Part shown: positions 1 to 12,205 of the stretch, piece by piece | How the letters are laid out: each line of letters starts with the position of its first letter | Position numbering within the stretch: position 1 is the stretch's first letter | Origin: Eledone cirrhosa | Lineage: Eukaryota | NCBI GenBank assembly: GCA_964016885.1 | Contig: OZ024740.1 | Location: forward strand, 282,162,001 to 282,226,000 | Reading direction: 5' to 3' | DNA length: 64,000 bases | Made by a program: the position numbers and the translations under genes | Notes under the pieces: model-generated | What the model saw: only the letters and a program-made list of their open reading frames with translations | Databases searched by the model: none | Told to the model about the DNA's origin: nothing

Positions 1-24
1 AAGTATGGCGAGGTTTCGGGACAG
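1..24 (-). CDS. Micro-exon of VWA gene (partial, runs off window): (A)VPKPRHT(L)
   Basis: Minus-strand acceptor tttttatttatcaacag, then CTGTCCCGAAACCTCGCCATACTT; homologous to the exons at 1243 and 2519. Confidence 0.7.
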
Positions 25-1242
25 CTGTTGATAAATAAAAACATTATTAGCAAGGAAAATTATACACTTCAGAATAATCACAATTATTAAGTTCTAAATT
101 CAATCGGATCTGTAATTATGACAGTAAGTTTGAGGTATAATTTTTAACACGAGAACCATATTCTATAGAATAGCATGTTCTAAGACGTTAAAATGTTTAA
201 ATCTAGTTATAATCATCTAAGCAATAGGCTCATATAACATACATTTATTTCATAGCCAACTTCAGAAAATACATCATTTATGGATCTATAGAACACAGAA
301 CAAGGAATGACAATACGATTAGAAAGTTTCAGAGTAAAACTTTAACACGTGTTTGTTCATAATTTGTATATCAAAATTTGCACAAATGATGAATTAGTTG
401 GCAAGGATGCGTGAGTGTGAGAATTATAATGGAGTGTCTGTAACCTAATGAATATATATTGTATGAAAACAATCTCAGAGGAGATCTAATTTTCCAGTTT
501 TGAACCGGGGATTACATCCTTCATCGATATATGCCAGCAATATGTATATATCAGTTTTAACTTCAGCACTCGTGTTGATCGGGTGCGAGTACAGCAATTG
601 TCAAGTATATCTGTGTCTAACCAAAATGAAATATCTCAGAACACGATGTGCATTCTTGGACCCAAATACGGACTGAGAAATTCCCACCCGTACATTTAAG
701 AATAAAGAAAGAATTATAGAATGGATTTAATTTAATACCATTTGAAGATGATTTACGGCCATTCTTTACTATGATGGATAATATTGACGGATGTACTGAT
801 GTCAATGGCCTAATGACAACTTTATGCATTAAACACCATCCAGAACAGTAGAGATTATTCAGGGACTCATCCAAAGTCAGCCATAAGGGAGGTCTATTGT
901 ACATAGGTAATTGAATTCAATTTTATTTCCGATTTGATTGAAGCAGTAAAATATACTGACTCTAGTGTTATTTTCATTAACAATTATATGTGTTTGCTAA
1001 AAGTATCCTTTCGAGTACAAACAAGACACGAGGAACACTATTTCAAGAGGACATTCAAAGAAATATGAAGAAAGAAAATCCAAAAAATTCAAATGTGGAA
1101 TAGAAAAGAAAAATATCAATGAGAGGAGAATGTAGTATTTTAGATCTAGCAATAGTATTTTGTATAAATAAATACATAAAATTTTCAATAACATCCTTTT
1201 AGAAATTTAGATTTTAAAAAAGAATTGCAAATTATACATCAC

Positions 1243-1284
1243 CTTTCCGAGTGTGTGGCAAAGTATTGTGCGTTCTCGTGGGAA
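1243..1284 (-). CDS. 42-nt phase-1 micro-exon of VWA gene: (V)PTRTHNTLPHTRK
   Basis: Acceptor tttttatttatctacag, donor AAAG|gtgatg. Length is a multiple of 3 and the frame is open in phase 1, matching upstream exons. Confidence 0.75.
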
Positions 1285-2518
1285 CTGTAGATAAATAAAA
1301 ACATTATTAGCAAGGAAATCTATACAGTTCAGAATAATCACCATTATTAAGTTCTACATTCAATCGGATCTGTAATTATGACAGTAAGTCTATAATTTAT
1401 AACATGAGAACCATAATCTATAGAATAGCATGTTCTAACAGGTTAAAATGTTTAAATCTAGTTATAATCATCTAAGAAATAGACTCGTATAACATACATT
1501 TATTTCATAGCCAACTTCAGAAAATACATCATTTATGCATTTATAGAACACAGAACAAGGAATGACAATACGATTAGAAAGTTTCAGAGTAAAACTTTAA
1601 CACGTGTTTGTTCATAATTTGTATATCAAAATTTGCACAAATAATGAATTAGGTGGCAAGGATGCGTGAGTGTGAGAATTATAATGGAGTGTCTGTAACC
1701 TAATGAAGAATATATATTGTATGAAAACAATCTCAGAAGAGATCTAATTTTCCAGTTTTGAACCGGGGATTACATCCTTCATCGATATATGCCAGCAATA
1801 TGTGTATATCAGTTTTAACTTCAGCACTCGTGTTGATCGGGTGCGAGTACAGCAATTGTCAAGTATATCTGTGCCTAACAAACATGAAATATCTCAGAAC
1901 ACGATGCGAATTCTTAGTTTGGAATACTTGCTTGGACCCAAATATGGACTGAGAAATTCCCACCCGTACATTTAAGAATAAAGAAAGAATTATAGAATGG
2001 AATTAATTTAATACCCTTTGAAGAAGATTTACGGCCATTCTTTACTATGATGGATAATATTGACGGATGTACTGATGTCAATGGCCTAATGAAACTTTAT
2101 GCATTAAACACCATCCAAAACAGTAGAGATTATTCAGGGACTCATCCAAAGTCAGCCATAAGGGAGGTCTATTGTACATAGGTAATTGAATTCAATTTTA
2201 TTTCCGATTTGATTGAAGCAATAAAATATACTGACTATAGTGTTATTTTCATTAACAATTATATGTGTTTGCTAAAAGTATCCTTTCGAGTACAAACAAG
2301 ACACGAGGAACACTATTTCAAGAGGACATTCAAAGAAATATGAAGAAAAAAAATCTAAAGAAATTTAAATATGAAATATAAAATTAAAATATCAATGAGA
2401 GGAGAATGTAGTATTTTAGATCTTGCAATAGTATTTTGTATAAATATATGCATGAAATTTTCAATAACATCCTTTTAGAAATTTAGATTTTAAAAAAGAA
2501 ATGCAAATTATACATTAC

Positions 2519-2560
2519 CTTTCCAAATTGGTGGCAAAGTATGGCGACGTTCCCAGAAAG
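2519..2560 (-). CDS. 42-nt phase-1 micro-exon of VWA gene: (A)FWERRHTLPPIWK
   Basis: Acceptor tttttatttatcaacag, donor AAAG|gtaatg; 42 nt, open in phase 1. Confidence 0.78.
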
Positions 2561-4152
2561 CTGTTGATAAATAAAAACATTATTAGCAAGGAAAATTATA
2601 CAGTTCAGAATAATCACCATTATTAAGTTCTACATTCAATCGGATCTGTAATTATGACAGTAAGTCTATAATTTGTAACAGGAGAACCATAATCTATAGA
2701 ATAGCATGTTCTAACAGGTTAAAATGTTTAAATCTAGCTATAATCATCTAAGCAATAGACTCGTATAACATACATTTATTTCATAGCCAACTTCAGAAAA
2801 TACATCATTTATGCATTTATAGAACACAGAACAAGGAATGACAATACGATTAGAAAGTTTCAGAGTAAAACTTTAACACGTGTTTGTTCATAATTTGTAT
2901 ATCAAAATTATTTGCACAAATAATGAATTAGTTGGCAAGGATGCGTGAGTGTGAGAATTATAATGGAGTGTCTGTAACCTAATGAAGAATATATATTGCA
3001 TGAAAACAATCTCAGAAGAGATCTAATTTTCCAGTTTTGAACCGAGGATTACATCCTTCATCGATATATGCCAGCAATATGTATATATCAGTGGTAACTT
3101 CAGCACTCGTGTTGATCGGGTGCGAGTACAGCAATTGTCAAGTATAACCGTGTCTAAAATGAAATATCTCAGAAAACGATGCGCATTCTTGGTTTGGAAT
3201 ACTTGTTTGGGCCCAAATATGTGGCTCGGACTGACAAATTTCCATCCGTATAATTAATAATAAAGAAAACAATTTATTATCAAATCGATTTAATTCAATT
3301 CACTTTGAAGAATATAGATTTATTTCAAATAGATACCTTGAACTTTTGAAACGAAAACAACAACCAAATTTTGCTGTTCGTAATAATGTATTTGCGTTTA
3401 TCTAGGGCTCATTGAAATGAGCCACCAAAAATGAACGAATGCGGTTTCGTGCAAACGTCTATTAATGGTTTAACAAGTTGAAGGATTATCTTTAAAATAC
3501 TTTTAATTTACTTTATTTCCAAAGAACAGAACTTTGTTTCGTATTCATAATATTAGATTAAATATTATGAATATAATATTATGAATATAATGTTTTGCTC
3601 GATTTGTTGTCCCACCACGCTTTCATATCGACTCTCACCCTCTCTCTCTCCCTGTTAATCTCTCTCGACCCCCCCTCTCTCTCTATCCATTTTACACATG
3701 TCGTAAAACCCTTTTGGATTATCTCCCTTTCCCTTCTGCCTCTCACTTCCGGTTTCTCGATATTTCGCTCTCTCTCTACGCCCACTTTGCTGAGATCGCA
3801 CGGAAAAATCACGCTCCGCAGTTATTTGACCACAAGACTTAAGTCTAATCGGTTCCTTGTAACTTATTCTATTTTCTTCTCGGTTACTCACTTGCATGTG
3901 CCATTGTCCTGTGTCTCTCCCCCCTCCATTCGGTTTGTTTACTTCCTTTTTCTTCTTTCTTCCTCTCTCTTCACTATTTTTTTTCTTTTCTTTCTTTCAT
4001 GGCCTTTTGATCGATAAATGGCCTTCGACGCGCTGCTGATAGATTTCGATGTCCTGTTTTAAGGGCCGAAATATCTATAGTCAAAGGTAACAGCTGGTGA
4101 AGGGGTTCTTCTCTTGTTTACGTCTATATTACTATATTAGACTATATATATA

Positions 4153-4188
<36 letters not shown>

Positions 4189-4395
4189 GTATTAATTATA
4201 CTATTTATGGATATGTAAATACAAAAACCTTTTGCAGTTATATATATTTTTATACAAATCCTAAATAGTGGTAGGTAGTAATATATTACTACCTTATTAC
4301 CAGTAAGTTAAGTAGCTCAATGTAAAAAATATCAGATGATTTACAGAGCAGTTATATGAATTATAAGAATCAAAGAACTGTTCAAAACATTTTTA

Positions 4396-4442
4396 TGCTT
4401 ACAACTGTTTCCTCCAAACCGAGGTTTGGATTCTTCGGAGCA
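4396..4442 (-). ncRNA. Minimal type-I hammerhead ribozyme in Penelope pseudo-LTR (U4C variant)
   Basis: UGCU-CCGAAGA-a-UCCAAAC(cucg)GUUUGGA-g-GAAA-CAGUUG-UA-AGCA: stem I, stem II and a self-complementary stem III loop. Confidence 0.75.
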
Positions 4443-5024
4443 ATTTATTAATGAATGAACACTTATATGACCTAGGATTCTAAATTAATGATCTCTGTGG
4501 TTGCAGTCTACTCAAAGAACCAGGCGCGGTGATTGCAGAATCACCTCAACACGCAATGATCTCTGGTAAGTTCTGGGTCATCGCTTCCTACATTGGATGT
4601 CGAAAGATAATCATCACCAGGGCCGACCAGAGGTCAATCCGCAGTCCTCATGACCCCAATCTGACCATCAAATCATCCATATATGTACAACCCATACGCC
4701 ACTTGCAATACATTCATTCCCTGCACTCAGCGTACCGGTCATACTGCTCATCCGCGTTACTAGATTAATTCGTTTTTCGTCTGTCCAACGATGGCACTTC
4801 CTCCGCACAACACTAACAAGACAATCAATTCATGCTTAAATTACCTATAGAGTGGTGTAGTGCAGTTCAAGTGGGTGGATGTTGTCACACCTAAAGTAGA
4901 GGTACAAATGGGTAATCGCCCTACGAAGGGTACTAGAGGGATGTCGCTGTTTGTGTTATATTAGATCAGTGAGTGTTGGGTATGTGGTATAAGGTGTGCC
5001 CCTGGTGTTTGGTGTTTGACATTG

Positions 5025-7421
5025 CTATATATCGGGCTTAAAGTTTTGGAAGGAATGTCTGAAGCGGTGCTGGCAAGTTGCAAACACTTCAGATTTTTTG
5101 TTAAGTAGGTTCCGGTTAGAGAAGATAATATTGTGGGTCTCTAGTATACATAGGTTACAACATTTATTAGGTGGTTTGTACGAAGTCGCGCTACCTATCA
5201 CTTCCCATTTGAGTGTGTAAGGTTTATTTTTAGTTTTTAGACAGTGTATGTAGCTAGATAGTGAGGTGGAGTTGGCTAGACTGTGCTTTTTGAACGAGTG
5301 GATGTGCGAATTATATCTGATTTTGAAGCAGTTAGAAGTGGAGCCTACATAGGTTTCTGGAGAGTTGCTAGTTGTGACGGTGCATAAGTATATGATATCC
5401 TTGGTTAGGCATTTTTTATCTAAAGGGCAGGTTCTATTAGCTCTACAGTTACAATTATCCTGTGTGTTAGTCTGCTAGTTATAATGCAGTGCAGAAGTCT
5501 GGGTGGTAGCTATAGGATTTTGGACATTCGGGTTATCGATCCCGGTGTTATTTCTTATACTAGTGTTATTTCTATTGTTACTGCCGTTACTGTGGTTGCT
5601 TGCTACAGAGGTATTTAGAAGGTTTACCTCCTGTTGTGATTTCGTTTGTTGGAAGTAAGAATTAATTTTACTTTTATTGCTGCTAGCTATGTGGTATGCT
5701 AAGTTAGGCGTCGTAGAGTATGAGATTTTAATAGTGTTTTTGTTTAAAAGGTTGTGGTTCTTGTGTCCTAGAGGGAAGTTTTTATCTAGTAGTGAGAAGA
5801 AAGCCCTAGGTATGTTGGTGGAGACATTTAGGTTGAAAGGAGGGTTGAAAAATGTGTTATTTCTTCTATTTTTGTTTTTAGTGTCTGGTGTGTTGTTTCT
5901 TCCTAAGGCACCACGGTAGTTTCCATGGTAATGGTTACTTCCGGTGGCACCCTCCACTTTGGTGTATTTGTGGTTGCTATTCCTATTATTAGGTTTCCTC
6001 ATGGACATGTTGTGCGAGATGATGTTGTAGCTATGCGTTTTCTTAGGTAGGAACTCAATTTCTATATTATGGCCGGATCTAGCTAATGCTTGATTATAAT
6101 ATTGTGAGTTTTTGCCAAATACGTTTGCGTCATAGGATAGATTAGAGATTCTATTGGATACCCCCTTAGAGATAGAGTTTAATATTGATCTAGGGTGATT
6201 AGACTTGGTATCTACGTAAATGAGTTTTTCGTTAGGCTTATGGAAAGGTGTATATATTTTTGAGTCTAGGTATAGTGTGGCGTCTAGGAAGTTAACATGT
6301 TTAGTGTTTTTGTCCATGGTGATACTAAGGTTAAAGTTTTTGAATGTCTTGTGCAATAGTTTTCTAGTTCTTTCTATACTAAATTTTCTATAATCTATAA
6401 GTAGAAGTGCACCATCGCGGTACAAACCACCGTTGAAGTAAGGGAGGTCCTTATGGATTTCATTAAGAAGGTATAGGCCGACCAAATCAGTGACCTGCGC
6501 CGAGTCACTAGATCCCATGGTTATGTCGAAGTTGTTGTGCGTATCCTTGCGTGTCCATAGTTGGTCCTCGAAGGTGATTATGGTTTTACGGGCCGCAAGG
6601 ATGACATCAATCTGGGCTCTAGTCAGGTCGCTATTGTTCATGGCCATGATTAGTGCCTTATTTAATAGGATAGGGGAAATAGAGGTGTAGTATGAATTGA
6701 TATCAAATTGAATAAATTTTTTGTCCTTATTATTCTTGATATCTTTGAACCATTCAATAACTTCACCAGTATTTCCCCATTGTTTAAGGTGTATCTTGTG
6801 TTTAATTTGTGGGATGATTTTATCTAAAATTTTCTTGATGATAATACCAATGTCGGACTTGGAAGGGCAGATAAATCTAGGGGGGTTTGGGGTGTATGGT
6901 TGTGTATGCCTCTGAAGTTCTAGTTTAGACACTATATTATATCCCTCTATATTAATATCTTCTAAGTTTTTCAAGGTGGTCTTCTTGTAGCTTTTATGTA
7001 GTTCATTATATATGAACTTTCTATAAGTATTATAATCTAGGCTGTATATGTTATTAGTTTTATCTGCGTGTACAATCATTTTATTACTAGTTTTGAATCC
7101 ATTAATAGAGGTGTTAAGTTTGTTTAAGAAGGTGTTGCTTCTATTATGGTGCTTATTGTATTTAACTAGTTTAACTAGGTCATTTTCAAAGGAGTTAAGT
7201 AGTGTGTTATGAGGGGGGCTTTTAAAGGTTTTAAAGCCGAAGGAGTCAAATTTGTTAGTATTATTAACATTGTTAGATCTGTTTCTATCATAATGGAATA
7301 TCCTCCATCTCACTCTATTGATAAATGAATTTACACTGTTGATCAGCAATTTCTCATATGTATTCCTGGATGGTATTGGTATGTTCTTGGTTGACATGGG
7401 GAGTTGGTCTTTGATTAGCAT
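5025..7421 (-). pseudogene. Penelope-like RT / GIY-YIG polyprotein, inactivated
   Basis: RT motifs FIQFDINSYYTSI, MGSSDSAQVTDLVGLYLL, LYRDG (YxDD expected), NFLDATL and YVDTKSNHP. After an in-frame TAG at 5475-5477 the frame continues CNCRANRTCPLDKKC...IIY...YVGST...FKIRYNSH...CNLCILE...LLNKKSE...CQHR to a stop at 5025. Confidence 0.9.
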
Positions 7422-7665
7422 ATTGGCAATTTATTGTATGTCAGCTCAATAATATGGAGCAGTTAATAGTATTAATTATACTATTTATGGATATGTAAAT
7501 ACAAAAACCTTTTGCAGTTATATATATTTTTATACAAATCCTAAATAGTGGTAGGTAGTAATATATTACTACCTTATTACCAGTAGCTCAATGTAAAAAT
7601 ATCAGATGATTTACAGAGCAGTTATATGAATTATAAGAATCAAAGAACTGTTCAAAACATTTTTA

Positions 7666-7712
7666 TGCTTACAACTGTTTCCTCCAAACCGAGGTTTGGA
7701 TTCTTTGGAGCA
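7666..7712 (-). ncRNA. Second pseudo-LTR hammerhead copy with core G5A change (CCAAAGA), probably inactive
   Basis: Same as 4396-4442 except plus-strand ttctttggag versus ttcttcggag. Confidence 0.65.
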
Positions 7713-9171
7713 ATTTATTAATGAATGAACACTTATATGACCTCCTTTTCACCCAAGAGACATACAGATACATATGCAAATATTGTGGGTCAACATTCAT
7801 TACAGCATTTAGAGTGGCAGCACACACTTAGAGATTACATTCATATTAAAAGATACAATCAAAAATACAGGTTAAAATACAACATGAAAATAAGCGGTTA
7901 TGTAGTGCAAAGGTTATATGTGTGGCAAGCACATGCGTCTTGTATATATAGTGTGGCAGAGAGTTACGTGTAGTAGAAGCACTTAAGTAGGTAAACAAGA
8001 GTGTTAGGTTGGTCGATCTGGTGACAAATTATTTATATGATTGTTATAATCTGTGTGTGGAGAAATAATATAAGCATTAAAAATAGTGCAAGCATTAAAA
8101 ACATTAAAATTATTGGAAATGCGCAGCGGAGGGATGATATGGACTTCATGTACTTCGACATTTTCATAGTCTGGGGAGTGTATTTTTCAGATTATATGCC
8201 CCTCACATAATCCACGACGATTCGATATTGAGTGTTTGACAATCCAGTTAGAGAATCGTAGTCTGATGTTCTTTAGTTCAATACAGGGGGATGTTACGTT
8301 TCGAGAATCGACATCGAAATACTACCCGGAAGTGTGTGTGTGGCTAAGGGGAGTTAATGCATGAGGGGAGGTAACTCCGAGGTTTCTATTACTAACTATT
8401 AAAATGTGTCTCAAAATAGACCCTAACTTCTATGGTTATGCGCAATTTCTAAAAAATTTCCAAAATTTAAAGTGTTTTAACTATAGAGTAGTCTATTAAG
8501 TTGTGCTGAAAGTGTTCTTATTATTATGGTGATTAACCCCCATCGTAGAGTGCCACAAATGAATATTATAGACGACGAGCGAGGATTCTAAATTAATGAT
8601 CTCTGTGGTTGCAGTCTACTCAAAGGACCAGGCGCGGTGATTGCAGAATCACCTCAACACGCAATGATCTCTGGTAAGTTCTGGGTCATCGCTTCCTACA
8701 TTGGATGTCGAAAGATAATCATCACCAGGGCCGACCAGAGGTCAATCCGCAGTCCTCATGACCCCAATCTGACCATCAAATCATCCATATATGTACAACC
8801 CATACGCCACTTGCAATACATTCATTCCCTGCACTCAGCGTACCGGTCATACTGCTCATCCGCGTTACTAGATTAATTCGTTTTTCGTCTGTCCAACGAT
8901 GGCACTTCCTCCGCACAACACTAACAAGACAATCAATTCATGCTTAAATTACCTATAGAGTGGTGTAGTGCAGTTCAAGTGGGTGGATGTTGTCACACCT
9001 AAAGTAGAGGTACAAATGGGTAATCGCCCTACGAAGGGTACTAGAGGGATGTCGCTGTTTGTGTTATATTAGATCAGTGAGTGTTGGGTATGTGGTATAA
9101 GGTGTGCCCCTGGTGTTTGATGCTAGAGGTGGGGTTTCCAATAAATTGAAGTGAAAGCAACTGGTGCGTGT

Positions 9172-9445
9172 GTTTCTTATTGGCAACACGACCCTCCCAA
9201 AGTATAACAATATATATGTATATATATGTATATATGTGTATATATGTATATATGTATATATTTCTTATTGGCAACACGACCCTCCCAAAGCATAACAATA
9301 TATATGTATATATATGTATATATGTGTATATATGTATATATGTATATATTTCTTATTGGCAACACGACCCTCCCAAAGCATAACAATATATATGTATATA
9401 TATGTATATATGTGTATATATGTATATATATATGTATATATTTCC
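9172..9445. repeat. 88-bp tandem repeat (3 copies) with TA/TG-rich tail
   Basis: ttcttattggcaacacgaccctcccaaag(t/c)ataacaatatatatgta... at ~9174, ~9262 and ~9350; a further copy of the head at ~9659. Confidence 0.9.
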
Positions 9446-9632
9446 AATATTTTTAATGTTTTTAATGCTTGCACTATTTTTAATGCTTATATTATTTCTC
9501 CACACACAGACGATAACAATCATATAAAGAATTTGTCACCAGATCGACCAACCTAACACTCTTGTTTACCTATTTAAGTGCTTCTACTACACGTAACTCT
9601 CTGCCACACTATATAAACAAGACGCACGTGCT
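9440..9632 (+). repeat. Inverted copy of Penelope pseudo-LTR segment 7929-8120
   Basis: Reverse complement of gcgtcttgtatatatagtgtggcagag...attggaaat. Confidence 0.9.
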
Positions 9633-9867
9633 GGAGTGAAAGCAACTGGTGCGTGTGTTTCTTATTGGCAACATGACCCTCCCAAAGTATAACAATATCG
9701 GTTTCACCACATGTTTTCAGATAAAGAATCTTGCTAAACAAATTCAGAAACGATATATATATATATATATATATAATGGAAAAATTTGAACAGGAACAAA
9801 ACAGAGAGTCAGTACAACGAATGTTTATTAATTTCACGCTCTGGAGAGTGGGGTGGTGGTGGGGAAT

Positions 9868-9895
9868 GACGTTTCGGGCATAAGCCCTTCCTCAG
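9868..9895 (-). ncRNA. Hammerhead ribozyme core remnant (PLE-type)
   Basis: CUGAGGA-a-GGGC(uuau)GCCC-GAAAC-GUC; stem I pairing is not evident. Confidence 0.55.
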
Positions 9896-10202
9896 GTGAG
9901 AAGTGTGTGGGAACAGAGTTCAAAGGGTGTGTAGGGGAGTGGTGGAGAGACATATAGCGAAAGGAAACGGTGCGAATGAAATTAACAATAAAAATAAAAA
10001 TAAAGCATGATCAAAATACAAGGAATGAAATAAATTTAAATATAAAAGCATCATAAAGGTAAAAACACAGGCAATCGTGAACAAAAAATCATAGAAATAA
10101 AATTGTAAGAACACAGGCAAAGAATCGTATACGGAAATAAACAAGTACAGTAACAAAATCAAACAGAGGTAATGCGTGGAAGGAAAGACCAAGTGTGGGA
10201 AG

Positions 10203-10258
<56 letters not shown>

Positions 10259-10264
<6 letters not shown>

Positions 10265-11244
10265 ATACTTGGAGAGGGTCATATTGTTGTAATATTATTG
10301 CCAGAAATAATAACAGTACACACTCACTGTTTCGTTGGTTTTCGCTTCTTTATTTGGCAATCAATGTTTATCATTCATTGACCAACGGTTTAAAATAAAG
10401 ATATAAATATATATATATAGTCTATCAAAGTTCTTTCGTTGCACATCTGCAACATCTTCAGTGGTACTATTATGTTCACTCCTATTGTAATGTCTACGCC
10501 CATTTTATTTTATTTATTTATTTATTTATTTATTTAATACTTATTGTCTATGTCTCTGCACATGCGTTTGCGTTTGTGTATAATGTTTGATATGTGTGTT
10601 TGCGTTTGAGTTTTTTGTTTTGCATTCTATAGTTGTTCACTAGTGTGTGTTCATAGGTGTTTGTTGTTATTGTACATGTGTATATATTTATTTAGTTAAT
10701 ACTAGCTAAAGTACCCATCCTTTGGACGGTTCAAGTAGCTTTCGATGTAGCTCATTAAACTAAACAAAGTAAACTTGAATACATAGAAGAAAAAAGTACT
10801 TTATGTAAACATGAAAACCTTAGGCACTATTCCAGCGAAATAATTAATATGTGAGCTCGGTGTCATCCGTCATCCCATGTAATAACAGAAATCCAGTCTA
10901 GGTATGAATTCTTTTGACAACAATAAAACCTTTTGTTTCAAGTACAAAGAGTAAAGTAAAATCCGAATGAGCCGAATTGTAATAATCAAAATCCCAAAAC
11001 AAAATTTTTGACAACATAAAAAATGAGATTCTATTGTATTGACGAAAGATAACTCTTGTCTTACTTAATCACGAAAATTGACACAAATAACCGAAACAGT
11101 TTTAATGTCCCCAAAGGCCCCAATATCGATTTTTGAAAGCCTTTGTAGATCATGTACAGGTTTTCTGCAATGGGACGCTCTGTAAACAATTTCAAAGAAA
11201 TTGCTTGAATGGTTTAGAATATATGAGCCCTCATTAAACATTGT

Positions 11245-11296
<52 letters not shown>

Positions 11297-11377
11297 GAAG
11301 CTTCATCTTTATATATATAGAGATTTATTTCTGGCAATATTATTACAACAATATGACCCTCCCCAAGTATAACAATA
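10259..11377. mobile_element. Element bounded by ~52-bp inverted repeats next to (TA)n, interrupted by a Helitron
   Basis: attgttatacttggagagggtcatattgttgtaatattattgccagaaataa (10259) is the reverse complement of ~11326-11377. Confidence 0.6.
10702..11323 (-). mobile_element. Non-autonomous Helitron
   Basis: Minus strand begins a|TCTCTATATATATAAAG, contains (TG)n, and ends with hairpin ccgtcc-aaa-ggatgg then CTAG|t; inserted between A and T. Confidence 0.8.
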
Positions 11378-11813
11378 TTTCTTTCGACACACGATATCAT
11401 ATCAAAAACCTTCCAAAACAAAAAATATATATGCATGTACATATATATGTACAATTAAATTGTTCTCATTGCTCCACTTAATGACGTATTTTCCGTTCAT
11501 TGCCAGAGAACGTCTCCATGAACCACCTAATAGAATATTAGTCTACGACTTCATTTATACCATAAACGTGGTTTTGTCTTCGCGTGTAATTGTTTTCACT
11601 GCACCAAATAATGACGTATTATCTTCGTTTTTTTCCGTTCTTTGCCAGAGAACGTTTCCACGAACGAAAGTATTGTCTTCCTGTCTTCCTTCGGTTGCAA
11701 CGTTTTTTTGAATTATTTACTTCTGCGTTCACAGATTGACTTTTTTTAGTTTCAGAAGTTCCTGTTAAGGGTGATAGCAGCGATTCTTTGCTTAAACTTT
11801 AATCTGTTATTTA

Positions 11814-11988
<175 letters not shown>

Positions 11989-12027
11989 CTTAAATTACAT
12001 TAATTATAAAGAACTATTATAATTAAT

Positions 12028-12205
12028 GGGGCGGTGAATTGGCAGTCAGTAGAGGGTCGGACGCCATGCTTTGACGCATAGATACGGCCGCTGCCATTCT
12101 CAGTTCAAATCCCGACATTGCTTTTCATCCTTACGGGGTCGATAAAATAAAGTACCAGTAATGCACTGGGTGATTGCTGGCCTCGTGACAAAAGTAGAAA
12201 CAATT
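12028..12205 (+). mobile_element. tRNA-derived SINE (partly deleted); fragmentary duplicate at ~12290-12395
   Basis: gggcggtgaattggcag...agttcaaatccc (B-box-like)...tttcatccttacggggtcgataaaataaagtaccag...agtagaaacaatta. Confidence 0.85.

Larger units (their letters stand above)
1..3310. repeat. Tandem repeat, ~1.26-1.28 kb unit, about 2.6 copies in window (continues off left edge); each unit = intron + 42-nt micro-exon
   Basis: The block ataaataaaaacattattagcaaggaa...agaataatca recurs at ~31, ~1291 and ~2567. The units align along their length with few differences, and similarity ends near 3310. Confidence 0.95.
4188..9120 (-). mobile_element. Penelope-like retroelement (Naiad-like) with direct pseudo-LTRs
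   Basis: RT + C-terminal GIY-YIG ORF flanked by direct repeats (4188-4472 = 7468-7742; 4475-5010 = 8583-9118). The pseudo-LTR contains a hammerhead motif, and the 3' end abuts (TA)n/(TACA)n. Confidence 0.9.

Noticed and set aside
1-3310. CRISPR-like reading of constant repeats with short variable segments
   Set aside because: Eukaryotic context, 1.2-kb constant parts and no cas genes; the variable parts are splice-site-bounded and homologous to each other.
3337-3373. Possible further micro-exon on the minus strand (acag|CAAAATT...TTCAAG|gtatct)
   Set aside because: 37 nt is not frame-preserving, and the pyrimidine tract is poor.
3595-4017. 140-aa hydrophobic ORF
   Set aside because: CT-rich low-complexity sequence with no recognisable domain; probably a TE remnant.
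5475-5477. Selenocysteine recoding in the Penelope ORF
   Set aside because: The stop is TAG, not TGA, and lies in a low-complexity linker; a CAG>TAG mutation is more likely given other damage (YRDG, apparent RT deletion).
4473-8582. Segment B of the Penelope pseudo-LTR as a spliced intron
   Set aside because: Its ends are not GT/GC-AG on either strand.
12028-12115. tRNA gene
   Set aside because: It is the A/B-box-like head of a SINE repeated more than ten times in the window; no full cloverleaf.
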